Below, piece after piece: positions 52,921 to 63,988 of a DNA stretch of 64,000 nt. Each line of letters begins with the position of its first letter. The first letter of the stretch is position 1. Below the pieces are notes generated by a model. The model saw only the letters and a program-made list of their open reading frames with translations, did not search any database and was not told the origin of the DNA. Position numbers and translations under genes: made by a program. Source of the stretch: a plasmid. The DNA lies in the sequence record CP121101.1. One strand, written 5' to 3'.

Positions 52921-53151
52921 TCCGCCCCGGAAGGCGCGCAGCAGCCGCGTTACGGCCAGAACGAACAAGCCGGTCAGCGCGAGCGCGGCAACACCCCAAT
53001 GCTCGCCAAGGAAGGCACCGGCGGTCGTCCCGGCCAGCACGGCGGCGAGAATCGGCAGATGGCAGGGGCAGGTCAACACGGCCAGCGCACCCCACAGGTA
53101 GCCGGAAACGGGTTGGCGCGTCTCGGGCGGCAGTTTGTCAGGGGCGTTCAC
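52915..53151 (-). CDS. merE: MerE (78 aa)
   Basis: [78 protein letters not shown]. Confidence 0.85.
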   Translation of the reverse strand: MNAPDKLPPETRQPVSGYLWGALAVLTCPCHLPILAAVLAGTTAGAFLGEHWGVAALALTGLFVLAVTRLLRAFRGGS

Positions 53152-53513
53152 GGCAATGCCTCCTCGTGCGCCCGCTCGGCTGGCATGGAGGCCAGTTGCG
53201 CGTCCAGATGGGCCAACGCCGCGCGCCGCCGCTCGACCAACTGGCGCAGCACGGCAAGCTGCGCTGCGGCTTGTGCGCCGTCCGCTGCGTCGAGCGCACG
53301 GCACAGCCGCGCCAGGGCATCCAGGCCGATACCCGCCTCGAAGGCCGCGCGCACGAAGCACAGCCGTTGCAAGGCCGCATCGTCGAACACGCCGTAGCCG
53401 CCCGTGGTGCAGGCCACCGGCCGTAACAAGCCGCGCACCAGGTAGTCGCGCACGATATGTACGCTCACCCCAGCGTTATGGGCCAGTTGCGATACCGTGT
53501 AGGCGCTCATCGC
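53148..53513 (-). CDS. merD: MerD co-regulator (121 aa)
   Basis: [74 protein letters not shown]... Confidence 0.85.
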   Translation of the reverse strand, partial: AMSAYTVSQLAHNAGVSVHIVRDYLVRGLLRPVACTTGGYGVFDDAALQRLCFVRAAFEAGIGLDALARLCRALDAADGAQAAAQLAVLRQLVERRRAALAHLDAQLASMPAERAHEEALP

Positions 53514-53527
53514 ACACCTCCTTGTCC

Positions 53528-55273
<1,746 letters not shown>

Positions 55274-55696
55274 TCACAAGCGCTTGGCGGGGAGTTCGCA
55301 GCCGTCCGGTCCGCAACGGCGATGCGCCGGCGACACGAAGTCCCAGATCGACACCCCAATCATCAAGGCCAGGCCGACGTACATCAGGTTCGCCGTCCAC
55401 CAGTTGCCGAGCAGCCAGACCGTGGCCGCAAACACGATGGCCGGGCCGATCATGCCGAGCAGACTGCGCAGCCATTGCCGATGACTGAACCAACCCAGCG
55501 CGTTCGCCAGGAAGGCCAGCGCGGCAAACAGCGGCAGCAGGCGGCTGATGAACAGTCCCTCGTACTGGCTCAAGAAGCCCAGCCCGATGGCCGCGCCGAA
55601 GCTGGCGAGGGCTGGAAAGCAGGCGGCGCAGCCCATCGCGGAAACGACGCTGCCGAGCGCGCCGGTTTTATCGGCAATGCGTGTCATCAGTCCCAT
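55274..55696 (-). CDS. merC: MerC mercury transporter (140 aa)
   Basis: MGLMTRIADKTGALGSVVSAMGCAACFPALASFGAAIGLGFLSQYEGLFISRLLPLFAALAFLANALGWF... Confidence 0.9.
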   Translation of the reverse strand: MGLMTRIADKTGALGSVVSAMGCAACFPALASFGAAIGLGFLSQYEGLFISRLLPLFAALAFLANALGWFSHRQWLRSLLGMIGPAIVFAATVWLLGNWWTANLMYVGLALMIGVSIWDFVSPAHRRCGPDGCELPAKRL

Positions 55697-55731
55697 GAAG
55701 CGGCTCTCGCTGTTGTCGTTGGCTTGCTGGC

Positions 55732-56007
55732 TCACTGCTTGACGCTGGACGGATAGCCGGCGTCTGCGGTGGCCTTGGTCAGCTTCTGTACGCTGGCCTT
55801 GGTGTCGTCAAAAGTGACGACGGCCTCGCGCTTCTCGAAGCCCACATCGACCTTGCTCACGCCTTCGACCTTGGAGAGCGCTTTCTTGACTGTGATCGGG
55901 CAGGCGGCGCAAGTCATGCCGGGAACCGCTAGCGTGACGGTCTGGGTAGCGGCCCACACCGGGGCAACAGCGGCGGCGAGGGCAAGGGAGGCAAACAGTT
56001 TCTTCAT
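55732..56007 (-). CDS. merP: MerP periplasmic mercury-binding protein (91 aa)
   Basis: MKKLFASLALAAAVAPVWAATQTVTLAVPGMTCAACPITVKKALSKVEGVSKVDVGFEKREAVVTFDDTKASVQKLTKATADAGYPSSVKQ. Confidence 0.95.
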   Translation of the reverse strand: MKKLFASLALAAAVAPVWAATQTVTLAVPGMTCAACPITVKKALSKVEGVSKVDVGFEKREAVVTFDDTKASVQKLTKATADAGYPSSVKQ

Positions 56008-56020
56008 GATGAACTCCTGG

Positions 56021-56371
56021 TTAATAGAAAAATGGAACGACATAGGGAAATCCAAGCGCGACCAGGACCAGCACGGCCACGATCCAGAAAATCAGCTTGT
56101 AGGTGGCGCGCACCTGCGGAATCGCGCAGACCTCACCTGGCTTGCATGCCTGCACGGGCCGGTAAATCCGCTTCCAGGCGAAGAACAGCGCCACTAGCGC
56201 CGCGCCGATGAACAACGGTCGATAGGGTTCCAGCACCGTCAGGTTGCCGATCCAAGCACCGGAGAAGCCCAGGGCGACCAGTACTAGCGGCCCCAGGCAG
56301 CAGGTCGATGCAAGAATGGCGGCCAGCCCGCCGGCGAAGAGCGCACCGCGCCCGTTTTGTGGTTCAGACAT
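56021..56371 (-). CDS. merT: MerT mercury transporter (116 aa)
   Basis: [72 protein letters not shown]... Confidence 0.95.
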
Positions 56372-56394
56372 ACGTTGGCCCTTTTGAATTTGGA

Positions 56395-56440
56395 TTGGAT
56401 AGCGTAACCTTACTTCCGTACTCATGTACGGAGTCAAGCG
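56395..56440. promoter_or_regulatory. mer operator/promoter (MerR dyad between divergent merR and merT promoters)
   Basis: Reverse complement reads CGCTTGACTCCGTACATGAGTACGGAAGTAAGGTTACGCTATCC: -35 TTGACT, the dyad TCCGTACATGAGTACGGA, and -10 TAAGGT with 19-bp spacing, as in Tn21/Tn501. Confidence 0.85.
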
Positions 56441-56442
56441 AT

Positions 56443-56877
56443 ATGGAAAATAATTTGGAAAACCTGACCATTGGCGTTTTTGCCAAGGCGGCCGGGGTCA
56501 ACGTGGAGACAATCCGCTTCTATCAGCGCAAGGGCCTGTTGCGGGAACCGGACAAGCCTTACGGCAGCATCCGCCGCTATGGGGAGGCGGACGTGGTTCG
56601 GGTGAAATTCGTGAAATCGGCACAGCGGCTGGGGTTCAGTCTGGACGAGATTGCCGAGCTGTTGCGGCTCGACGATGGCACCCACTGCGAGGAGGCCAGC
56701 AGCCTGGCCGAACACAAGCTCAAGGACGTGCGCGAGAAGATGGCCGACTTGGCGCGCATGGAAACCGTGCTGTCTGAACTCGTGTGCGCCTGCCATGCAC
56801 GAAAGGGGAATGTTTCCTGCCCGTTGATCGCGTCACTACAGGGCGAAGCAGGCCTGGCAAGGTCAGCTATGCCTTAG
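56443..56877 (+). CDS. merR: MerR Hg(II)-responsive regulator (144 aa)
   Basis: [144 protein letters not shown]. The stop codon lies within IRmer. Confidence 0.95.
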
Positions 56878-56910
56878 CGTGCTTTATTTTCCGTTTTCTG
56901 AGGTGCCCCC
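56873..56910. repeat. Tn21-family IR (mer end), imperfect copy
   Basis: CTTAGCGTGCTTTATTTTCCGTTTTCTGAGGTGCCCCC. The 30 inner bp are identical to the tnp-end IR; the tip differs (GTGCCCCC against ACGACCCC). Followed by TGGAA. Confidence 0.85.
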
Positions 56911-57287
56911 TGGAAGAGCGAGGTTTTCATAGGTTTCGCTGGGCACATAGCTACATAGGGAATCGCCTGATTTGACAGAATTCAGAAGATCCTGGTACGC
57001 AGATAGCCACTGTTGTTTATCAATATGTGGGAATACTTGAGCCATCGCATGAGCGAGTAGCACATCATCGATTGCTTGGTTCATGAATTGGACCTCGTTG
57101 CATCTGGGCTTTACGCCCGGGTTGGTGTTGGTCACGAGTGGCACATTGCGGACCGAGTGCCATAAGACAGCCTTGGGCTGTTTCTGCATGTGCGCTGACG
57201 CCGGAGAAATACCGGTGAACGGACATGCAGAATCAGCCAACGAGGGCTTGGGTGATAGATCACAGGTGGGGGTACCTGCAGAGTGCA
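56911..57287 (-). pseudogene. 5-prime part of the hypothetical gene interrupted by the transposon
   Basis: MNQAIDDVLLAHAMAQVFPHIDKQQWLSAYQDLLNSVKSGDSLCSYVPSETYENLAL, with RBS GAGG upstream. Removing the transposon and one TGGAA copy restores a single ORF of about 200 aa with the 30184-30566 part. Confidence 0.6.
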
Positions 57288-57488
57288 GGGAGAGTTGAAG
57301 TTGGTGCCTGGCCGGACGGCCTGTCCCCACGTGGGCACCGAGGACAACCGCAGGATACCGAATATCATGAATGGGAGCAACAGCATCAACTCAGGTTGCG
57401 GCTGGCGACCTGATTACCTAAGCAAGGCAAAGCAGCAATGTATGGGGGGCACTGACCCCCTACAAATGTGCAGAGTTCCCTGATCGAA

Positions 57489-58379
57489 TTAGCCACCCCT
57501 CAAGGTTGCCATCCACCGCTGTGCCTGCGCCACCAGTATCCCTCCGCCGGCGCTCTCCAGGATCGTCCGCACACTGCCGACCACGGCGCCAATCACTGAC
57601 CATTTTGGGTTAGGGGAGGCGGCCTGGGCCTTGAGGGTATCCAGATCGGCCTGCAGCTCTGCACACGCCTCTCCCTGCAGTTGCCCTTGCGCGACCACCT
57701 GCTGCAGCCACGGCAACAAAGCCGCCAGCGCCTCGGACTTCTGCTCGCCTGTCACCGTCTGCTGTTGTTGGCCGCCGGGCGAGCCCAACATCATTTGACC
57801 TCCGATGACATCCCCCCCAATGAAAATATTGGTCACCGATTCCGCCTGCTTCTGCTCCTGGGTGGTAAAGCTCATCCCTTCACCTTGGATCCCCAACTCA
57901 TCCAGATCGAGTGCCCATTCAAGGACCTTAGTACGCACCGCACCGATCAAACGCTGGACCTGATTTGCTCCAAATCGAACTTGTGGTGCGATTGGCATTT
58001 TATAGAGAGCCGCTACCATCTTCGATTGAGACGGGTCCATGGGCAACACTACATATTCTGTCCCTGAAGCCAATGGTTCCACTCCATCAATGGGATAATA
58101 GAAGGGACATGTTGTCATCACCTCGTGAAGCTCTGCATTCAGGACCGGTAGCAGCACAAGACCTTTCCCCGGGTTAATGGCGTACAGTTGCCCCGTCAAA
58201 ATCCGGTACTGAGGGATAACAGCCGACTCTGGGTAGCCATCAAGTTCGTTTTTGATCCAGCTAACCCAGTCAGGCTGCTTGAGCTTACGTGCGGCCACCA
58301 GTGCGTTTCGCAGTAGATCGGTTGTCTTGACTTCGGGATTACTGGCTATGGTGATGAGCTGAGGGATAAGGGCGGGCAT
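57489..58379 (-). CDS. paralog 1 of a tandem family: AbiTii-like N-terminal domain protein with poly-Q linker and C-terminal hydrophobic helix (296 aa)
   Basis: MPALIPQLITIASNPEVKTTDLLRNALVAARKLKQPDWVSWIKNELDGYP... resembles the N-terminal domain of AbiTii abortive-infection proteins (assignment from memory). ...GSPGGQQQQTVTGEQK... C-terminal PKWSVIGAVVGSVRTILESAGGGILVAQAQRWMATL. RBS AGGAG 7 nt before the ATG. Confidence 0.5.
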   Translation of the reverse strand: MPALIPQLITIASNPEVKTTDLLRNALVAARKLKQPDWVSWIKNELDGYPESAVIPQYRILTGQLYAINPGKGLVLLPVLNAELHEVMTTCPFYYPIDGVEPLASGTEYVVLPMDPSQSKMVAALYKMPIAPQVRFGANQVQRLIGAVRTKVLEWALDLDELGIQGEGMSFTTQEQKQAESVTNIFIGGDVIGGQMMLGSPGGQQQQTVTGEQKSEALAALLPWLQQVVAQGQLQGEACAELQADLDTLKAQAASPNPKWSVIGAVVGSVRTILESAGGGILVAQAQRWMATLRGG

Positions 58380-58435
58380 CAATGCGCTCCTGGGCGATAT
58401 TGGGCCCTATTGTACCCGGGTTCGGTGGTTTGGAT

Positions 58436-58449
58436 TGCAGGATTGCAAG
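58436..58449. promoter_or_regulatory. palindromic operator-like site TTGCA-N4-TGCAA in the leader of paralog 1
   Basis: TTGCAGGATTGCAA, about 20-25 nt upstream (in gene sense) of a TACAAT -10-like hexamer. The same dyad occurs in all four complete leaders. Confidence 0.45.
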
Positions 58450-58619
58450 CGGCAGGATCCCGGCCGCCCTCATGGCCAGCGGTTGGCTCACGTTGACCGG
58501 TCACCCAGCCGGCAAACGCGGCAGTTTACCCGTTCCGCAGGTGCTGCTAGAACCAACGCAAAACGACAAAAAATGCGGAGCTAAATGCTAAACGGTGATC
58601 CTCACTGGGTTGGTTGGTA

Positions 58620-58639
58620 TACTGTGTTTTTATACAGCA
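58620..58639. promoter_or_regulatory. LexA (SOS) box upstream of umuD
   Basis: TACTGTGTTTTTATACAGCA = CTGT-N8-ACAG, 8-10 nt before the umuD ATG at 58647. Confidence 0.8.
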
Positions 58640-58646
58640 ACCAGAG

Positions 58647-59078
58647 ATGACCAGCATGTTTGCTCAACCCGCCCCTAATGCTCCCTTGCTGGAGATCCCC
58701 CTGTTTCTCTCCCCTGTAGCCTGCGGCTTTCCGTCCCCGGCGCAGGATTACACCGAGCAAACCATAGACCTTAATCTGCTGTGCGTGGCGCACCCGGCGG
58801 CCACCTACTTTGTGCGGGCGGCCGGTGACAGTATGGTCGACCACGGGATCCGCGATGGCGACCTGCTGGTCGTGGACCGCAGTCGCAAGGCGCGCCACGG
58901 TAGCGTGGTGGTCGCCGCGGTCGATGGTGAGTTCACCGTGAAGCAGCTGCAGCTTGATCCCACTGTGGCCTTGCTCCCTGGCAACCCGGCCTATCGGCCT
59001 ATCCATTTCAGTGAGGGGCAGGAGCTGGAAATCTTCGGGGTGGTGTCCTTTATCGTGCATCAGGTGGATGCCCCATGA
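58647..59078 (+). CDS. umuD: UmuD (translesion polymerase V accessory subunit, LexA-like self-cleaving)
   Basis: ...[78 protein letters not shown]... Ser/Lys protease motifs (GDSM...K) present. The stop overlaps the umuC start (ATGA). Confidence 0.85.
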   Translation: MTSMFAQPAPNAPLLEIPLFLSPVACGFPSPAQDYTEQTIDLNLLCVAHPAATYFVRAAGDSMVDHGIRDGDLLVVDRSRKARHGSVVVAAVDGEFTVKQLQLDPTVALLPGNPAYRPIHFSEGQELEIFGVVSFIVHQVDAP

Positions 59079-60354
59079 ACAAGTGCTGCACCGTCGCCCT
59101 GGTGGACGTGAACAACTTCTACGCTAGCTGCGAGCGGCTGTTTCGGCCCGACCTTAAGGGGCGGCCAATAGTCGTGCTCTCGAACAACGATGGCTGCGTG
59201 GTAGCCCGTTCGGCAGAGGCCAAAGCGCTCGGCATCAAGATGGGAGTGCCGTACTTTCAGATCCGTCAATTCTTCGAGGCTATGGGCGGGGTCTGGTTTT
59301 CCAGCAATTATGCCCTTTATGGCGACATGTCGAACCGGGTGATGACCATTTTGGAGGGGATGGCCCCGGCGGTGGAGGTCTACAGCGTTGACGAGGCCTT
59401 TATCGAGTGAGCGAACGCTGGGCGGGCGACTTGGTGGCCTATGGCCACCAAGTCCGCGAGCGGGTGCAGCAGTGGACCGGGCTGACCGTGGGGGTCGGCA
59501 TCGGCCCCACCAAGACGCTCGCCAAGCTCGCCAACTACGCCGCCAAGAAGTGGCCCGCCACGGGCGGTGTGGTCGATCTGCGGGATGAAGGACGCCGCGT
59601 CAGGCTGATGGCGATCACCCCGGTAGACGAGGTATGGGGTATTGGTCGGCGGCTCACCGCCAAGCTGGAGACCCAGGGCATCAAGACCGTGGCGGAACTG
59701 GTCGCCGCCGACCCCAAGAGCCTGCGCCGCCGCTATGGCGTGGTGGTCGAGCGCACGGTGCAGGAACTGCGGGGGATACCCTGCGCTGAGCTGGTGCAAG
59801 TGGCCCAGGCCAAACAGCAGATTATCTGCTCGCGTTCGTTTGGGGAGCGCATCACCCAGATCGGCCCCATGCATCAGGCTCTGGCGGGTTACATGGAGCG
59901 GGCCGCCGAGAAATTGCGAGGGGAGGGGATGTGCTGCCGCCATGTCACCCTGTTCATTCGCACCAGCCCATTCAGCGACCGGGAGCCCTATTACGGCAAC
60001 CAGGTGAGCAGCAGGCTGGTCATGCCCACCCATGACACCCGGGCGCTGCTGGCTCTTATCCCCGAGCTACTCCCCCGCATCTGGCGTGACGAGCAGCGTT
60101 ATCAGAAGGGAGGCGTGATGCTGGCCGACTTCACCCCCGCCAACATGCAACAGGGCGACCTGTTCGCAGCTGAGCTGCAATCTCCGCGCAGTGAGGCGCT
60201 GATGCAGGTCATCGACAAGATCAATCAGGGGAGGCTTGGTAAAGTCTTCTTCGCGGCCCGAGGCCAAGAGAACAGAGAATGGATGATGAAGCGAGAGCAG
60301 TTGAGCCCTCGTTATACCACTGCCCTACATGAATTGCCGATCGCAATGACATAA
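59075..60354 (+). CDS. umuC: UmuC (Y-family DNA polymerase V catalytic subunit) with a frameshift after about codon 110
   Basis: ORF 59075-59410 ([62 protein letters not shown]...[10 protein letters not shown]) and ORF 59407-60354 ([48 protein letters not shown]...) are contiguous UmuC. They are separated by a -1 shift at TTTATCGAGTGAGCG (about 59400-59412). Confidence 0.85.
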
Positions 60355-60476
60355 CCATGATTTTGAGTGATGAGGGGAAAAACCATTCCACTAAAGATGA
60401 GTTATTTCCTCCTTCTTCGGCTGTTTTCCCAAAATGCAAAGCGGACTGTCGCCCCGCCCATGAATCCGGCTATCAA

Positions 60477-61354
60477 TCAGCTACCGGTCAAGATAGCCAG
60501 CCACCCCAGCGCTTGTGCCGAAAGCACTCCTCCGGCGCCTTCCAGGATCGCCCGCACACTGTTGGCCAAGGTTCCAATCAACGGCCAGCTCGGCGTGGGG
60601 GCGTCGGCCTGCGCCTGCAGGGCTGCATGCTTGGCCTGCAAATCGGCGTGTGCCGATACCGATAGCGTTCCCTCGGCGTTCACCTGCTGGAGCCAGGCCA
60701 GCAAGAAGACAGAGCATCGGTCTTTTGCTCGCCGGACACTGTCTGCTGTTGATGGCCCCCGGGCGAGTTCAGCTGAATTTGAACACCAGTCGCATTCCCT
60801 CCGATGTGTATGCTCACCGGCGCCACCTGCCGTTCTTGCGGAGTGACGCTCATGCTGTCCCCCTGAACACCGGAAGCGGCCAAAGCGAGTGCCCAGTCTA
60901 GCACCCGCTCCTGCACCGCCGCGATGAGGGCCCGCATCTGGACCGTCGGCATACAAATCTCCACCTCCCGTTCGGTACCGATTTCGGCCATCAGCAAGCT
61001 CATGAGCTCAGGGGGGAATCGGACCCTCAGTGCTTTGCCGGTTGCGGCCAGCTCAGCCAGCTCGCTTGCGGGCAGCGAGAGCGGGCAAGTTTGCCACTGT
61101 ACCGCCCGCTCGGTGTTGGCAACTGACAGCAAGTGGTGGGACCCTGCCTGCCAGTACGCCAGATTCCCGCGCCGCTGGCGATAACGGGGCACACCGCAGC
61201 CGTCAGGATAGCCCTGTAGCTCATGGTCAAGCCAGATGATTGCCTCGGGCTGTTGGAGCAGACGTGCCACCACCTTTGCCATGCGCAGCAACTTAGTGAT
61301 TTCAACGTTCGGATCGCTGGCCAGGGTGATGAGTTCGGGAACATGGGCAGGCAT
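60477..61354 (-). CDS. paralog 2 of the AbiTii-like family, with a 3-prime frameshift
   Basis: MPAHVPELITLASDPNVEITKLLRMAKVVARLLQQPEAIIWLDHELQGYPDGCGV... The ORF stops at 60680 (...QQQTVSGEQKTDALSSCWPGSSR*). The family-typical C-terminus (...LQAKHAALQAQADAPTPSWPLIGTLANSVRAILEGAGGVLSAQALGWLAILTGS) continues in the frame of ORF 60477-60956. Confidence 0.5.
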
Positions 61355-61409
61355 GGGGTGCTCCTGGGCAATAGTGGGGGCCTATTGTACCCGGTTTCGG
61401 TCGTGCGGG

Positions 61410-61423
61410 TTGTAGTGCTACAA
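61410..61423. promoter_or_regulatory. palindromic operator-like site (variant TTGTA-N4-TACAA) in the leader of paralog 2
   Basis: TTGTAGTGCTACAA upstream of TACAAT (gene sense), RBS AGGAG. Confidence 0.45.
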
Positions 61424-61916
61424 GCGGAGAGGATCCGCTCCGGGTCAAAAAAAAGGGAGGCCGAAGCCTCCCTCCAAAAAGTCACTTTTTGAACCAGTTT
61501 CACTGGCCTACGTGTAGGTGAAAGTGAAGAGAAATCTTCACTTGATACACGCAGATCAGCATCAAACCGCTAGCGATAATCATGCTTGATAGCATATCGA
61601 TCTCCATATCAAATCAGGTGAATCCGTTCACCTGAGGGTTATTGGCCTCCTGGCTAGCCATAAGACTCGCTCTTGTGCCCGTGTTGACATTATACACCCT
61701 GCCCCCCAACATTTTTCATAAATTCATGATAAATCATGTAGATAATATATAATTCTCACGCTGGTATCACTCGCCCCCAATACTTGACCAGCCCTGTTTA
61801 TCTACGAAGTATTCCCCGCGTCCACAATATGGGCTGCACCAGTTGATCTGGCTTGTATCTCGCAACGCCACCCGCCGCACGAAGAAAACGTGGCCTGCTG
61901 CCTCTGCCGGACTAGC

Positions 61917-62774
61917 TCAGTGGCCGTTAAGGGTTGCCAGCCACTTCAGCACCAGTTCGCTCAGAACCCCGCCGCCGGCTCCTTCCAGAATCGCCGCAAC
62001 AGTGCTGGCCACCGCAGCGATCACCGGCCATTTCCACTTGGGGGCGGCGGTCTGGGCCTTGATAGTATCCAGCTCGCTCTGAAGCACATTGCCGTTTGCC
62101 AGCTGCAGTGGCTTCTCCTGCGCCACCCCAGGCTGGTCCGTAGCCTTCTGCCCGCCGGTGATGGTTTGCTGTTGCTGGCCCCCGGGCGAGCTCACCATCA
62201 GTTGACCACCGTTGAACCCGCCCTCGATGCGAATGGTAACCGGCGCCAGCGGCTGGGGCGAGGAGGGCATTTCGTCCCCCTCGATCCCGGCCTCAACCAA
62301 GTCGAGCACCCAGGTCAACAGTTGGTCCCGGACCGCATCAACAAGTGCGCGGATCTGATTGCCGCCAACCACCCGTACCGGCTCCATTGAGATATTCAGG
62401 TCTTGCATCAGCATGGCCATCATCTCCGGCGGGAGAACCATGCTCACATTTTTCCCGGGAATAGCCACGTCTTCCAACCCGCTGATGGGCTGACCAATGC
62501 TGCATGTCGAGACAGCTTCTGCGAATTCAGGGTGGTCGATGATGATGGGGATCAGCCCTCGAAAGGGATTCCGAGCTTTCAATTCACAGCGTATGACACG
62601 ATAGGAGGGCAGCTTGGCATCATCCGGATAGCCCCGCAGCTCATGGTCGATCCAGGTAGCCCACTCAGCCTGTTTTAGCATACGGGCGACCACCTTGGCC
62701 TTGCGGAGCAGATCGGTGGTCTTAACTGCCGGATCACCGGCCAGGGCAATCAGGTCAGATAGCGAGGTGGACAT
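61917..62774 (-). CDS. paralog 3 of the AbiTii-like family (286 aa, apparently intact)
   Basis: MSTSLSDLIALAGDPAVKTTDLLRKAKVVARMLKQAEWATWIDHELRGYPDD...VSSPGGQQQQTITGGQK...KWKWPVIAAVASTVAAILEGAGGGVLSELVLKWLATLNGH. RBS AGGAG. Confidence 0.5.
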   Translation of the reverse strand: MSTSLSDLIALAGDPAVKTTDLLRKAKVVARMLKQAEWATWIDHELRGYPDDAKLPSYRVIRCELKARNPFRGLIPIIIDHPEFAEAVSTCSIGQPISGLEDVAIPGKNVSMVLPPEMMAMLMQDLNISMEPVRVVGGNQIRALVDAVRDQLLTWVLDLVEAGIEGDEMPSSPQPLAPVTIRIEGGFNGGQLMVSSPGGQQQQTITGGQKATDQPGVAQEKPLQLANGNVLQSELDTIKAQTAAPKWKWPVIAAVASTVAAILEGAGGGVLSELVLKWLATLNGH

Positions 62775-62829
62775 CGAGGTGCTCCTGGGCGACAAGGGAG
62801 GTCCAGTGTACCCGATCTGGCCCGGTCAG

Positions 62830-62843
62830 TTGCAACGCTGCAA
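62830..62843. promoter_or_regulatory. palindromic operator-like site in the leader of paralog 3
   Basis: TTGCAACGCTGCAA, about 19 nt upstream (gene sense) of TACACT. Confidence 0.45.
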
Positions 62844-62915
62844 GCGGGTCGGATACAGCCGGTCCGCTCTGGCTGGATTTGAGCTTGGCTTTGTCCGTTG
62901 GCCCCAGTATGCAAA

Positions 62916-62933
62916 GCGGGGCCGCAGCCCCGC
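62916..62933 (-). terminator. conserved GC hairpin in the 3-prime UTR of paralog 4
   Basis: Gene-sense GAGCGGGGCTGCGGCCCCGCTTTGCATAC: 7-8 bp stem followed by TTTGC. The same element recurs at 63971-63988, and degenerately at about 60435-60460. Confidence 0.5.
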
Positions 62934-62953
62934 TCATACCCCGACGATAGCGA

Positions 62954-63828
62954 TCAGCCGCCGCTCAAGCTGGCCAGCCACTTCAGCACCAGCTCGCTCA
63001 GCACCCCGCCGCCGGCGCCTTGCAGCACGGCCAGCACGCTACTACCGGCCAGCACGACGATCAGCGGCCATTTCCGCTTGGCGGTGGCGGCCTGGGGCTT
63101 GAGGGTGTTCTGCTCGCTCTGCCGCGTGTCGCGGTCTGCCGGCTGCCGTGGTGCATCCGCGCTCCCCTGCGCCAACCCGGACGGGCCCGCGGCCTTCTGC
63201 TCGCCGGTGACGGTTTGCTGTTGCTGGCCTCCCGGCGAGCTCACCATGACTTGGCCACCGTGGAACCCGCCCTCGATGTGAACGGTCACCGGCGCCAACG
63301 GCTGGGGTGGGGAGGGCATCCCGTCCCCCTCGATCCCGGCCTTGGCCAGCTCGAGTGCCCAGTCCAACACCTTGTCACGGACTTGAGCTACGACGGCCTC
63401 AGTTGGGATGCGTCCAGTTGATGCACGACCTGGTACTGATCGCGGGCTTTCGCTGACAAGCCATCGTAAACGCGATGCCCAGAGGGGAGTTGCACATAGA
63501 GGGTGCCTTGTGACCCCAGCGCCTCCAACTTGCTGATCGAATCAAAACAGAGGTGAGCCTGAGCGGGAATCTCACCGTCAGTTTGGAACGTAAACAGATC
63601 AGTCAATTCGCCTGTCTGGACATCCCGCAGGTACACCGGGGCACGGATAAAACGGTATAGAGGAAGAGGATCTGACTCACGGTAGCCCCGCAGCTCCAGG
63701 TCGATCCAGGCTAACTGGTCGGATAGCTGGCACCGGTGGGCGATCACCTTGGCCTTGCGCAGCAGATCGGCTGTCTTGACGGCCGGATCGCTGGCCTGGG
63801 CGATGAGTTCAGGGAGTGGGGCGGGCAT
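62954..63828 (-). CDS. paralog 4 of the AbiTii-like family, frameshifted in the middle
   Basis: MPAPLPELIAQASDPAVKTADLLRKAKVIAHRCQLSDQLAWIDLELRGYRESD... (ORF 63388-63969 frame) continues after a shift at about 63370-63410 as ...IPTEAVVAQVRDKVLDWALELAKAGIEGDGMPSPPQPLAPVTVHIEGGFHGGQVMVSSPGGQQQQTVTGEQK...KWPLIVVLAGSSVLAVLQGAGGGVLSELVLKWLASLSGG (ORF 62954-63370). Confidence 0.5.
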
Positions 63829-63883
63829 CCAGGCGCTCCTAGGCGACAAAAGAGCCCCAGTGTACCCGATTTGGCCTGCGCGA

Positions 63884-63897
63884 TTGCAGCGCTGCAA
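63884..63897. promoter_or_regulatory. palindromic operator-like site in the leader of paralog 4 (perfect dyad)
   Basis: TTGCAGCGCTGCAA, about 19 nt upstream (gene sense) of TACACT, RBS AGGAG. Confidence 0.45.
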
Positions 63898-63970
63898 GCG
63901 CGGGGCGGACCCCGCTCGCCCTCGCTGACCCGATTGGGGGTGGGCTTTGGCCGCTGACCAAGAAAGCAAA

Positions 63971-63988
63971 GCGGGGCCGCAGCCCCGC
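63971..63988 (-). terminator. conserved GC hairpin, presumably the 3-prime end of a fifth paralog lying beyond the window
   Basis: GCGGGGCCGCAGCCCCGC in the same context (aaagcaaagc...cccatgcccc) as the hairpin at 62916-62933. Confidence 0.4.
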
